DNA of 64,000 nt, from assembly GCF_030028105.1 (NCBI RefSeq), contig NC_092375.1, positions 41,019,130 to 41,083,129 of the forward strand, given 5' to 3'. Position numbers and translations under genes: made by a program. This document shows positions 37,996-50,356 of the stretch, one piece after another. Position 1 is the stretch's first letter; every line of letters starts with the position of its first letter. Under the pieces are notes generated by a model. That model was not told the origin of the DNA, did not search any database, and saw nothing but the letters and a program-made list of their open reading frames with translations. The DNA is from Mobula birostris. Lineage: Eukaryota.

Positions 37996-38412
37996 TACCT
38001 CTCCCTATAGATGCTGCCTGGCCTGCTGCGTTCGCCAGCGACTTTGATGTGTGTTGCTTGAATTTCCAGCATCTGCAGATTTCCTCATTTTTGCCAAGTA
38101 AAATATTGGCTTTTATTGCATGGGATGTGGAGTATACAAGTAAATATTGCACCATAACATCTCAAGGTTCTGATGAGACTGTACCTGAAGTTATGCTTTC
38201 CATATGTAATGTAGTTGCACTGGAGTCAAGTGATTCTTTTTTTCAGTGTAACTATTTATAAAATAAAACTCTTAAATATTTGAAGGTAACTTGTGTTGAA
38301 TTACTTCTAGATAGTTTCACTTTAAAAATATTATTTGCATTGTTTTGTTTTTTTTACTTTGGTTGGGGTAATTATGTATAACTACAGGAACTGGTGATTT
38401 GATTTAATTCAG

Positions 38413-38542
38413 GTTCATGACTATAAGGAAGGCACACCAGCTGAGAAAACCTACTACATTGAATTGTGGGATATTGGTGGATCTGTGGGCAATGCCAGTA
38501 GCATTAAAAGCACTAGAGCTGTATTTTATAACTCCGTGAATG
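38413..38542 (+). CDS. RABL3: RABL3 exon 3 (130 nt, [44 protein letters not shown])
   Basis: Acceptor ttaattcag, donor AATG|GTATGG; contains the RABL3-type G3 variant WDIGG. Confidence 0.96.
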
Positions 38543-38729
38543 GTATGGAAGTTTCTTTTGCTGTTCAGTATTTGTGTCTTTAATAATTATATGTAGGCTT
38601 CGGCATTTCATAATCTGCATGATTTCTTCCTTAAACTTGAGTTCTAAAATTATAGAATGTTACACGACAGAATCTGACAATTCAGCTCTGAGATTGTGTG
38701 AATGTTTTTCTGGAGTCATTTTCACAGAG

Positions 38730-39440
38730 GAATATAGTAGAGATAGAGGCCCTTGAGCCCAACAAATTCATGCCAAATACTTTGTACATCTAGCTAGTCC
38801 CTATTTCCTGCATTCAGCCCACATCCTTCCAGGCCCTTTCCTTTCATAAAGCTGTCCATGCACTACTAAAAATATATTATGCCTGCCTCAACTACTTCTA
38901 CTGGAAGCTCTTTCCATATACTCATCACCTTCTGCATGGAAAAAGTTGCCCCTCAGGTTCCTTCTACATCTTTTTCCCATTGCCCTAAATCTATGCCCCC
39001 TAGTTTTGGACTTCTCTCCTTGAGGAAAAGGGTCACCATCCACCTTATCTTCACCTCTCATAATTTTAAACATTCCTGTGTTCCAAGAATAGAGACTTAG
39101 TCAGGCCAACCTAGCCTTGTAACTCAGGCCTTCTAGTCTTGGTAACACCAAATAGGTTTTAATGCAGTTTTCTGTTTAACCACATCTCGTCCTATAACAG
39201 GGTGACCAAAACGGTACACAGAGCTCCAAGAGCAGCCTCAACAACTCCCACTGCAACATAAAGCCCCAGCTCCTATACTCACTGGCCTGATTGATGAAAG
39301 CCAGTGTGATAAATGCCTTTTTTCATCAGCCTGTTACCAGTGAAACTGCTCCCAACAAACGATTAGCTTGTACCTTGGGTCTCTCTGTTCCATTATGCTC
39401 CTTAGTGTCCTACCATTCATAGTATAAACTTTACTCTACT
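38730..39440 (-). mobile_element. CR1 LINE 3' fragment
   Basis: FKIMRGEDKVDG...KTRGHRFR...RGNFF. Confidence 0.85.
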
Positions 39441-39771
39441 TTCTTTTGCTTCATACCATGAATATTCATGAGCGCCTACCTGCTTCGTACAAAATAACTC
39501 GTGGACTCTGCTTCACCAGCCTGCAACTTGTAAGCTGCCTTTAGCCAAAATAACTGCCTTTTTCATGCATGAAATACTGTTCTTTATATTTTTTTCTCGT
39601 GCACGCTGTGAAACTATTTTGTACATTAAAATTAATTACAAATTAATGTTTTCTTCCTATTTTAATCTGTCACTGGATGTCAGATCCGTTAAGCCTTGGA
39701 TAGATGCTTTATACTGAATGCTGAAATTCATTAAAGTGATATCTATCTTTGCAATATTGTTGATCTATATA

Positions 39772-42700
39772 CAGTGCTTTGTAAAAGTATTCATCCCCCA
39801 ACCCTTGTTCACATAAATGAGTATTACAACCAGGGATTTTGATCAGTTTAACTGAGAACTTTTATTTGTGAATCATTTGTTTTTTTCCACAGGAAAAATT
39901 GTAAAGCATGAAAAACTAAAAATTCAAAAACCTGAAATGTCAGCAGTTCAAAAGTATTCATCCCCCTTTGCTCAGTACTTATTTAAACCACCTCTCACAG
40001 CTAAGATAGCCAGTTGTCTTTTTGGATAAGTCTCTATTAGCTTTGCACAGCATGGTAGAGCAAGGTTTGCAAAATTGCTGAAGCTGTGCCAGGTCAGTTG
40101 GGAAGTAGCAGTGGACAGCGATCCTGAGGTCTTGCCAGAGATGTTCAATTGGGTTAAGGTCAAGACTGTGACTGCGCCACTCAGTGCAATCAACTTTCTT
40201 CATTTGAAGCCACTCCATGGTTGCTCTGGCAGTGTGCTTTGGGTTGCTGTCCTGCTGAAAGACAAAGTTACTCCCAGTTTAAGCTTTCTGGCAGAGACTA
40301 GCAGGTTTTTATCCAGGATCTCTCTGTATTTAGAAGCATTCATCTTCCTATCAATCCTGACCAGATATCTCGCCCCTGCTGCTGAAAATATCCCCAGAGC
40401 ATGATGCTACCCCCACCATGCTTTACTGTAGGGATAGTGTTACGTAGCTGGTGCGCAGTACAGGTTTCCCCCGCCATCCGAAGGTAGAGCGTTCCTATGA
40501 AACAGTTCGTAAGCCGGAATGTCGGAAAGCGAAGAAGCAATTACCATTAATTTACAGGTGAAAAATTTGTGAGCGTTCGCAGACCCAAAAATAACCCACC
40601 AAATCATGCCAAATAACACACAAAACCTAAAATAACAGTAACATATAGTAAAAGCAGGAATGATATGATAAATACACAGCCTATATAAAGTAGAAATACT
40701 TTTCCACAATCATTGCTGCACTGTTCTCGGTAGCGAAAATCTCACGTAAGTGCTCTCGACAGAAACACGGCGCAAGCGCTCTCCAGTAACCTTTAAGCTA
40801 TGGAGCTGCCAAATCATACCAAATAACACGTAAAAATACACAGCCGATATAAAGTAGAGATAATGTATGTACAGTGTAGTATCACTTACCAGAATTGGGA
40901 CAACGCCGAGCACACTGATGATGGTGTATTAGGCTGAGTCGTCGGAGGTTGGGGCGGTACAGTGGTCCCCACCCTCCGGGCAGCGACCCGATACCGATCC
41001 GTGAAGAATGCAGGGGTACAGCGGTGGCCGGGAGGCACACAGCACATCTTTAAGAAAAAAGCCAAAACAAACAAGCTAATTAATTGGGTGCCGCCCGGCA
41101 CGTAAATGTTGACCCAGATCAGAGGCGACGCAATGGACAATCACCTCTGATCTGGGCCGACATTTACGTGCTGGGCGGCACCTAATTAATTAGCATGTTT
41201 ATTTCGACTTTTTTCTTAAAGATGTGCTGTGTGCCTCCTGGCTACCGCTGCATTCTCCGCGGCAATGTATCTGTCTGCGGCCCGGGGGTTGGGGTGGTGG
41301 GACACTGAGGTGTCATCTCATCATCCATCAGGGCAGGCAGGTCATCTTCTATGTCTGCCTGCCTCGACGTCGAAGGTCGAGGTTCGTCGTCTGCTGTGGC
41401 TGATGTGGAAGGCTTGCTTGACTGATTAGCCTCATGCATTTTTAGATCATACAGTTCTTTGTAAGCACTCAAACCATCCTGCAAATATGCCCTAAACTGA
41501 CGTACCCTTTCAAAATTAAAGTCGTACTTTATCATTGCACCGAAAATCTCACGCAGTTGCTTCACATTCAGTTCCTGGACAACTTCACTTTCGGTCCAAT
41601 CGCTACTGCATTTGATTTTGATTGTTATCCTTTCCTCTTCCAATTGCATCAGCTCTTCATCTATCACTTCTTGGTTATGAGATGCCAAAACCTCTTCAAC
41701 ATCATCTTCGTCAACTTCCACAAGCCAAACTCACTTTGTCCTTACTTCGTTCCCCACGATCAAAATGCTTAATTATGTCTATTTTTACGCTAAGTGTAAC
41801 ACCCTTACGAGCTCTTTCAGGCTTTTACAATACCTTAGAGCTCATCTTGCAAACAGCTGCTCACAGGCATGTGTTTAAGCAATGCCGGCGAGAATGCCGT
41901 TCCGAATCCGGGGGAAAGTGGCTGCTCGGGGCGCGCGCTGCCTTTTTCCATAACAGTGAAAACACCTTCTGTTAGCGAAAACAGGTAACTAATGTAGGTC
42001 TTTCATAACAGTGAGGTTTCGTAAAGCGAACGTTCGAAAAGCGGGGGGCACCTGTATTAGATTCACGCCACATGTACCGCATAGTGTTGAGGCCAAAAAG
42101 CTCCACTTTAGTCTCATCTGACCACAAGAACTCCTTCCACATCTTTACAGTATCTTCTGAATGATGCTTGTAAATTCTTCTCTTTAGCCAAGGTTTCTTC
42201 CTTGCTACTCTTACATAAATGTACTTCTTGTGCAAGGCTTTTAAAGATTGTAGTGCCTTGAACTTCATCCCCAGTTGCACTCACTGACTCCTGCAGCTCA
42301 CTGTGACAGTTGGCATCACAGTAGGCTCTCTTACAAGTACCATTCTTCTCACAGTGAGGTGGGGTGACCTAACCTAGGCATTGTGGCTGTGGTTTCAGTT
42401 TTTTTTGCACTTTTTCATGAAGGGCTGCACTGAGCTTTGAGGAATGTTCAGTGCCTTTGAGGTGATTTTGTACCCTTCCCCAGATTTGTGCTCTCTATTA
42501 TCATTTCCCTGACTGGCCTTGAATCCTCTTTTGCCTTCATTTTGATTTGGTCTGTTGAAAATCTACCATACTGTTGGACCTTGCAGAGAGAGGGGTTATA
42601 TATTTTATGAATTAATTGAAAACAGGTGATCTTTCAGTTTTCTACATCAACAAATTGAGTGAGCTGGTAAGGTAGGAAAGTTAGTGTGGTAATTACAAAG

Positions 42701-42900
42701 TGGATGAATACTTTTACAGTCTCAATTTTGTTTTATGATATTTAGTAAATTGGCAACTTTGGAATTTTTCTTCAGATTTGACATGATGCACAATGTTCTG
42801 TAGATTAGCTCAAAATCCTAATTCAATATATTTTAAATTTAGAAGTCAGAGAGTAAAATGGTAAAATAGTTGTGGGGCTGAATACTTTTTCAAAGTACTG
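39772..42900 (-). mobile_element. Tc1-family (DD34E) DNA transposon with IR/DR-type ends, disrupted by a nested Tigger
   Basis: TA|CAGTGCTTTGTAAAAGTATTCATCCCC ... GGGGCTGAATACTTTTTCAAAGTACTG|TA; inner repeats at ~39950 and ~42705; [35 protein letters not shown]...DLNPIE with 34 residues between D and E. Confidence 0.93.
40461..42054 (-). mobile_element. Tigger-type non-autonomous DNA transposon, copy 1
   Basis: TA|CAGGTTTCCCCCGC ... GCGGGGGGCACCTG|TA; removing it restores the Tc1 frame ...ESN-T-AHQ...; encodes only the HTH start and acidic C-terminus (EVDEDDVEEVLASHNQE). Confidence 0.9.
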
Positions 42901-43057
42901 TATGTCTGTGAGGCCCATATTGTCATAAGAATCCCATGCATCTGGATCTCGAGTTCAATAGTAGCTTTACAACTATACAATAGTTTTAATTAAGCTTGTT
43001 TTTCTGTTATCAATATCAAACTGATGATTTGTTTCTTTTGGATGTTGACTCTTAAAG

Positions 43058-43172
43058 GTATAATATTAGTGCATGACTGTACTAACAAAAAGTCATCTCA
43101 GAATCTGTATCGGTGGTCTTTAGAAGCTTTGAATAAGGATTCCACTCCTACTGGAGTCATAGTAGCAAATGG
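43058..43172 (+). CDS. RABL3: RABL3 exon 4 (115 nt, [39 protein letters not shown])
   Basis: Acceptor cttaaag, donor AATGG|GTAAGT; phases match the neighbouring exons. Confidence 0.96.
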
Positions 43173-43927
43173 GTAAGTTTGCTTCTGTTGTAATACCTTT
43201 TCTAATTCTACAAACAATACAGTACACTTATTAGTCTATTCTTTGTGAAAACTTATAAGATATTATTTAGAATGTACATAAACCATAGTGAATTTACTTA
43301 AAATTTGATGCACACAATGCATGCTGTTAACTTTTAAAATTAGTTGATCTTTTGCAAGATTACATATGGATAGTCCTGATAATATTGAACTTTTTGGTTG
43401 AAGTAAAATTAGACGAGAAGTAAGAATCTGTGTGAGGAGGGAGAATATTTAAGGCATAGTGAAACAGGAGTAGAGGAGGAAATAGAAGGAGGCAGCAACA
43501 GATAAAAAGAGGAAGATGAATGATTTGAAATAAATGCAGGAGAATGAAGAGTAATTTTATGGTAATCAATGTTCAATGAACTTCATCACTGCCTGGAAAA
43601 TCAATCTGTGACCAAAAAAATTCAAACAATTGGGAGAAAAATAATAAAGGTGAAGTTGCTTTGATATTGGGGACTGGGGCATGGGAACCAATCATTGAGA
43701 AGGGTAAATGACAATAAGTTCACAGGTTGGGTGGGTGGAGGGTATTGAGAAATTGAGCAATGGTGATGTGGGAGTAGAAAATATTAGATAATGGTTCACA
43801 ATTTGTTTCGCAGTTCCTACTTTGTACCATTTCAGAATTGGATTAATGTTTGTAATTGAATGTGTTTTTTTTTTAAATTGCATGCATATAGATCATGCAA
43901 AAGTGAGAAATTGTTTTTTTCAAATAG

Positions 43928-44078
43928 GGACTATGATCGGGAGCAATTCGCAGATAAGCAGATTCCTTTGTTAGTCATTGGTACAAAGTTGGACCAAATC
44001 CATGAAACTAAAAGGAATGAGGTGTTGACAAGGACTGCATTCTTAGCAGAGGATTTCAATGCTGAGGAAATTAATCTG
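43928..44078 (+). CDS. RABL3: RABL3 exon 5 (151 nt, [50 protein letters not shown])
   Basis: Acceptor tttttcaaatag, donor CTG|GTATGC; G4 variant TKLD; visible in ORF 43860..44138. Confidence 0.97.
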
Positions 44079-45061
44079 GTATGCTTCTTTAAGTCCCTGA
44101 TTCTAATAATAAAAATAACATTTTATTCATTTGAATGAAATTTAGGAAATTACTCTAGTGTAGTTTAGTAAATTGTATGCAATACTGGATCAGATTTAGA
44201 TAGAGTTTTTTGTTGTAGATGTAAAGCATGTTCTGCTTTGCTTTTAGAATTCCTAATCAAATTTATGGAGAATGAAGCTCATAAAGTAATGTATCATGTG
44301 TTTTCTACATGCGACTGAGTAAACATTTTTACATCTAGATTAGTATCATCATGCCCAAAATCAGCTATAGTAGGTTTAGTTTTAACAGTTCATTCTAAAA
44401 TAAAAATTGTTTGGTGGTTAGATTGCAATTTAAAGTTACTTGCTAATCAATCAATTGCATTTAATCTATTGCAAAAAACTAAAATTTAACATAAGACTAG
44501 ATTGACTATCTAGCACTGATGATTTTGTACAATTGTCCAAGTATCTTTGGCCACAGTTGAGAGAACTATCTTGCAGATTAGTTATGCATATCATATTCTC
44601 TTGTGTCATCATACTCTTGGAATCATTCCCTTCAGTCAACATCTTGGGTTCCTCCACTATCACTTCTGTGTAAGTCTGGCATCACCGGTAGGTAGGGCCC
44701 ACTAGAGGTGGCAGAGTGGATGTGTATAGTTAAGAACACCACAGCTCTGATCCTGGACCCTTTGATATTCATTGCATCAGCCAACCAAGAGCAAGGAAAA
44801 GTAATAATATTGCCACCTGGTGAATCTGTATGTTTTCTGTCACTCGTCTGCTGTCCCACCTAGTCTGACCCTGGCTCATTCATGATCTGCATAGTTCTAT
44901 TAGAATTCTAGTTGTATTCTTTTATCTTTCCAATATACTGTATGCCTCAAATAGTAAAGCATTATCTTATTTTAAATAACCTGCAAATCAATTGTTTACT
45001 TCAAATTATACAATCACTGTGATCTTGCCCTTTATTAATTCTTTTTTTAAACAATTTATAG

Positions 45062-45133
45062 GATTGTACCAATCCACGTTACTTAGCTGCAGGATCTTCC
45101 AATGCTGTGAAACTGAGTCGTTTTTTTGATAAA
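45062..45133 (+). CDS. RABL3: RABL3 exon 6 (72 nt, DCTNPRYLAAGSSNAVKLSRFFDK)
   Basis: Acceptor tttatag, donor AAA|GTAAGG; peptide matches vertebrate RABL3 as recalled. Confidence 0.96.
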
Positions 45134-45419
45134 GTAAGGTAACTTTTTAATCTCTACTGTAGTTAGTCTTAACTTCATTGTAACAGATACCAACAAATTG
45201 CAATCTAAATGATAATTTGTCAGATTACAGTAAAATTATAAATTATTCAGAAGTCTTATGAATCCGAGATTTACTGAAATTACTAAATTAGCATGTCACT
45301 TTTTAAAATGTGTGTTATAGTTACAGAGGGTATCATAGCTATGTCTGCTCACTTTTAGCTTTTGGGGCTTAATTAAATTTAAGCTTGTCATTGCTGTTGT
45401 AACCCCGATATCTTGATTT

Positions 45420-45620
45420 TATTTATTTAGAGGTACAGTGCGATAACAGGCTCTTCCAGCCTAACAAGTCTGTGCTGCCCAATTACACACGTGACCAATT
45501 ACCGTACTAAGCCATGTGTCTTTGGAATACGAGAGGAAACTGGCATGCCTGGAGGCAACCCGCTCATCATGGGGAGAATGTACAAACTCCTTAAAATTGA
45601 ACCTGTAATAGCTGCTACAC
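45420..45620 (-). mobile_element. HE1-like V-SINE
   Basis: tctttggaatacgagaggaaactgg...ggggagaatgtacaaactcctta; CR1-like tail. Confidence 0.8.
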
Positions 45621-46654
45621 TGATTGTTTATTAAATAAAAGCCAATATCTCTAAACGGGGAATTCAAATTTTGACAACTGTTTGGTCCAGAAGGGCATGC
45701 TAGGTGAAGCACCAGGCATATCTGAAAGTGAGTTACCAGTCTGCTGAAGTTATGACATAGGGACCTCATGCATGCATGCATTGGACAGCTATGCAAGCCC
45801 ACAACCAACTGTCAGATCGAAGTTCTGCCACAGTGTTGAATGGAAGTAAATAATTAAACAGTTAACTGGAAGATGATACACTGAGTTCCTCTCAGTGATA
45901 GCAGAGCTCAGCATGAGAGGCAAAGCACTTGTAACCTTTAGCCATAAGTGGTTTGTTTTGGCTTCATTCAGAATAGTGTCTAGGACTTAACATCATTTTC
46001 TATCTTAAGAAATGAAGTGAGAATGTTTAATTCATCTGCATACAGCAGGACTTGAACAATGTGCAGCATGTAACAATCATGAATTGTAATTTGTTAGATA
46101 TGACTAGCTGCGTAAGAAACCACGTACTGCTGGTGCCAAGTCTGCGCCTGAGATTTACGATTGACCAGGAATGTTAACTGAACCAGCCACACAAGCAATG
46201 TACAGTAGCTACAGAAATGGGTCACAGTTTGAGGGTCCTTCAGTGTGTGACTCAACCATTTGTCCCCCACTCATCCCGCAACCTATAAGATGCATCAGAA
46301 GTTGTAATTTGTAAAGCTCAGTACTGTCCTGGAACAAAGTAATTTAGAATGGTCATTCCACACACTGTCTCTACACCACAAGTACATCTTAGTTGCCATG
46401 CATGTCATTTCTAAAAGCACAGGAGTTACTTGCCTTGGCTTGTCTGACAGCAAAATCAATGATCAACCGTTGACGAAGGAGAACAGCAGCCAGTGAATGA
46501 ACCATGGAGGTTCCCTCCATGTCATGAAGTATCCTGGCTTTTCCATATTTTTGTCTGCTTTCATTATCACTGTGGCCAACTACTGGCACTCTCAGTCCAA
46601 CATGGCACAGTGTGGGGAGATTTTGTCAAACAAATCTATTGGAGTTTTTAAAAA

Positions 46655-47710
46655 TGATAATAGGATGGATGAGGGGAGAGCAATGGACATTGTCTGTATG
46701 AACTTCAAGACCTTTGATAAAGGTCTGCATTGCAAGCTATTCTGGGAAGTTGGATTGCTCTGGGTTCAGGGAGCAAAAACTAATTGGTTTGACGGTAGGA
46801 AGCAGAGAGTGATTTTTGAAGGTTGCTTCACAGGCTGGAGCCCACAGGTAAGTGCTGGGACTTTTGTACACTATGTATGTAAATGATTTGGTTGTGAATG
46901 TACAAGGTGTAGTTAGTAAGCTGTGGATGATACAGATATAGATGGTACCATAGACAGTTAAAAATGATTAAAAATTACAGGGTGATCTTGATCATCTGGG
47001 TAAGTGGGCAAATGTCTTTCAGTTTGGATAAGTGTAGGGTGTTGTATTTTGAGACGTCAACCCAGGACAGGATTTGTGTAGTGAGTGATCAGGCCTCGTG
47101 AGCGTTGTGAAATGTGGAAATCTGGAAGTACAAGTACATACTTTCCCTGAAAGTGGAGTGACTGGTTGGTGAAAGAGGAATTTAGCATACCGGACTTCAG
47201 TCAAGGCATTGAGTGTATGAGTTGGGACATTATGTTACATGACCTTTGTGAATCTGCACTTTTGGTTGCCCTGTTGTAGGAAGGACACTTAAACAGGAAC
47301 AAGTGCAGAGAAAGTTAATGAGGGTGCTGTCAGGACTCAAGGGCCTGAGAAAGTTTGGCCAGGCTGATTCTTTATTTCTTGGAATGTAGCAGATTGAAAC
47401 ACAACTGATCAGTAGAGGTGTATAGATTGGATAAGCTCACGTAATCTTTTTCCCTTGGAGGAGGAATGTAAAAACTAAGGAGTACATTTTTAAGGTTGGA
47501 GGTGAAAAATTTAAAAGAGATCTGATAGGCAACTGCTTCATGCAGAAAATAATGCATATAAGGAATGAGCTGCCTGCCAGTGATGTGGTTGAGCTGGATG
47601 CAATAACAACATAGAAGGGGTTTGGGGGGGATATGGGCCAAACGTGGGCAAATAGAACTAGCTTGGCATGGTGTGTGGGCCTGAAGGGCCTATTTGTATG
47701 CTGTATTATT
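46655..47710 (+). mobile_element. Decayed CR1 LINE 3' half
   Basis: MDEGRAMDIVCMNFKTFDKG; tail gggcctgaagggcctatttgtatgctgtatt. Confidence 0.8.
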
Positions 47711-48542
47711 CTGAATCTAATTCTCGATGACTCTGTATCGAGTACCATCACCAGAACGACTCCAGTAGTTCGAAAAGTAGCAAGCCGCCACCATTGTAAG
47801 TTAGAAGAAAAGCATGTGATCCTAAATTCTAGGGATGTGAAAAGACTGCTTCAGTTTTAGATAGAAGCCAAGAAGAAGGGTAGGATTCAATGGCTAGTAA
47901 ATATCATTCTACAGAATTCCTAAAGCTATTATAAGTGGAGATGACAAAGTTGACACTGAATCTCCAAAAGAACTTTTACAAGGTTTGGAGTGGTTTTTGT
48001 GCAACTTGATGGCTTAACCATATTGCATCTATCCCTGTACATACTGATATACAACTACACAGGGGGTCGTGTTATTTGGATTGGAGTGAGATGTGATCGG
48101 TTCCTTCTTACAAATCCAGTGTTCATATTGCCAGGAGTTCAGTGATAAAAGAACTTCTGACTAAGATTTTAAATTGAAGTTGATCATTTTATTTTAAGCA
48201 TTAGGCATTTTTGGCATGTTATGACTTTAATCCAGTGTATCGTGGTGTTATTTATAAATCCATTGTACCTTTACATCACAGTTTTAGTTTTTCTCCATAA
48301 GGGCAATTGAGAAGGAGATCCATATATAACAAAGGACTAGACAATTTTGTCATTGTCACATGTTACTAGATTATCAAAGCAGCAAATTACATGGATAGCT
48401 ACCAATTTAACAATAAATAATCAAACCGTCACATGACAGTGTATCTTTGTTTTCAGAGAGTATGATACATATTAGGTGCTGGTTTCACTAAGCCTGTATG
48501 GTGTGTACATCTAGTAATTGTTATTTTGTTTTGAGTTTTTAG

Positions 48543-48581
48543 GTCATAGAAAGAAGGTATTTTTCACGGGATGGTAATCAG
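48543..48581 (+). CDS. RABL3: RABL3 exon 7 (39 nt, VIERRYFSRDGNQ)
   Basis: Acceptor gagtttttag, donor CAG|GTTGGT; in frame. Confidence 0.93.
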
Positions 48582-49349
48582 GTTGGTAGATGCTTAAATG
48601 TTTTCTCACAAACCAAATGGTGTGTATAGCTTTTCTCCATTTTAATGGTACAGGTAAATAAACAACTCAAACAAAAATTAGAGGGGAAAAATAGAGATGA
48701 TCAATTTCTGGATTAGAATGCTGCCGCAGTAGTGGACATCAGCCTCAATATCTTGCACTGCTGGATCACTTTGGCTCACTGTCTGTGTGTAGCTAACTGT
48801 ATGTCCTAGTTCTCTGGCATGTAATCTACTTGTATATCTGTGTAATAGGTATTGCAAGATGAATTGGAGATGTGATGCATTAATCTAAGTTTGTCTGTTA
48901 GAATCAGAATCTGGTTTATTATCACTGATATTTGTTGTTTCGCAGCCTTTCAAGTGGATTGAAGGACCCTAAGCCCTTGCCAAAAAACAAATCTTTTTCC
49001 CCCAGTCAATGTCATAAAACTATATTAATGGGTTCTTGTTGGCTGCAAATAATAAGATTTACTGTTATATTATAATACTGAAAGACTTTCTTAAGCCATG
49101 AGCCACTTGTAAACTGAAGATGAAAGTGACCTATATTTAAAAAAAAATACTTCCCATTCTTCTGTTCCAAGTGTCTTTTGGAATAACTTTGTTTTCTTCA
49201 ACTTAAAGGCAACCTGCTCATTAGTTCAATAAATTGTCTCTGAAGTGTTTTCAATGTGTTGACTCCCTTTCTTGAATAAGGAGACCAATACCATACAAAC
49301 ATAATCTCACCAGTGCCTAATGTCTCCCTGCTTTCCTATTCATTTAGGG

Positions 49350-49432
49350 CTGGGGTTCCCAACCTGATGTTGATGGACCCCTCGGTTAATGTTAGGGGCC
49401 CATGGCATAAAAAGAAAGTTTGGGAACCCCTG
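49350..49432. mobile_element. 83-bp hAT/Charlie-type MITE
   Basis: TIRs CTGGGGTTCCCAA / TTGGGAACCCCTG; 8-bp flanks atttaggg / agctaggg with central TAG. Confidence 0.72.
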
Positions 49433-49833
49433 AGCTAGGGAATCTCACAAGTGTTAGTGAAATCTTTTTCTCCTGCACTCTTAATACAGTTTTAAATACT
49501 CTTGTCGTGCCCATATATCATTTGTGTCAGTATTGTCTCAGATTCTGTTCTCAACCCCTCAAAATCAACTGTTTCCATGAGTAGTCTTGGCTTTCCAGGA
49601 AATTTCAGCTCATTCTTGAACATGTGCAAAGTGCCTGAGTAGTTGTGAAACTGCCTGGGCACTCTAAAGTACTTCGCTTTGTTTTCTGTTTGCAACACCA
49701 GCACACCATCTTGATCCTGTCCTGTAACGCAAGTCTTGATAATTGGATTTGGGAACTTGAGTTTGGACCAAACAGATATAGGGAGAATTCTGCATCTGGT
49801 AACTTATTTTAACTCTACAATTTTCTTTTTCAG

Positions 49834-49902
49834 ATTCCTAGTTTTGCTGATCGAAAACGTTTTGGAACAACAGGTGCTTTGAAGGTTCTTCATTATGATT
49901 AA
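49834..49902 (+). CDS. RABL3: RABL3 exon 8 coding part (IPSFADRKRFGTTGALKVLHYD*)
   Basis: Acceptor ttttctttttcag; stop TAA at 49900-49902. Exons sum to 714 nt = 237 aa plus stop; no C-terminal prenylation Cys, as expected for RABL3. Confidence 0.95.
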   Translation: MPSFADRKRFGTTGALKVLHYD

Positions 49903-50356
49903 GCATAATTGCCAGTGGCTGTAAATGTATGGAAGCAAAAGTTCATGTTAATTATTTTGAGGAAAGGAAAGGAGTAGTGCACTACCTTTGCTTTACAGTG
50001 TAAAATATTAAGTGATCAGAGGGTATTAAGAGAATATTTGAAATATTCACGGAGCTATATTACTTTTTTAATATCAGCATTATTGGTTTCCTTTTCAACA
50101 AATGCATATTTCAAATTCCAGTTTAGAATACCTAATACTTTATGTGGAGGGAACTGTACAACATACTCCTCTTCTAAGCTTCGGTGCTGTTGACTTCACT
50201 GAAGCTGAATTTTGGAATCCATATACAGGACAAAATTCGTACCTGATCTCCAATCTGTAAATTACAATTCATGTGGATAATGAATCCTTAAGGTGGCAAC
50301 TTTTTAGTATCTAAATGAAGTGATATGTAGTATAGAACTTGGTTTCCAATGAGGTA

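Larger units (their letters stand above)
35999..38094. mobile_element. Inverted-repeat Penelope-like element family A with exact 16-bp TSD, inserted in an old CR1
   Basis: TSD caagtaaaatattggc at 35983-35998 and 38095-38110; arms ~35999-36392 and ~37655-38057 are reverse complements; GIY-YIG C-terminus LYCKGEATLRLEEQHLIFRLGSLQPDGMNIDFSNFQ* at ~37545-37657. Confidence 0.9.

Noticed and set aside
38388-38412. Alternative upstream acceptor (ctacag) for RABL3 exon 3
   Set aside because: Would add 25 nt and frameshift; no support beyond an AG after a T-rich stretch.
41242-41721. Acidic 159-aa ORF as a novel protein or TIGD-like gene
   Set aside because: Transposase C-terminal remnant inside a TIR-bounded, internally deleted Tigger; the second copy has stops in the same region.
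44692-44720. cccactagaggtggcag as a CTCF site
   Set aside because: Spacing of the GGC core is off in one register and the 5' half fails in the other.
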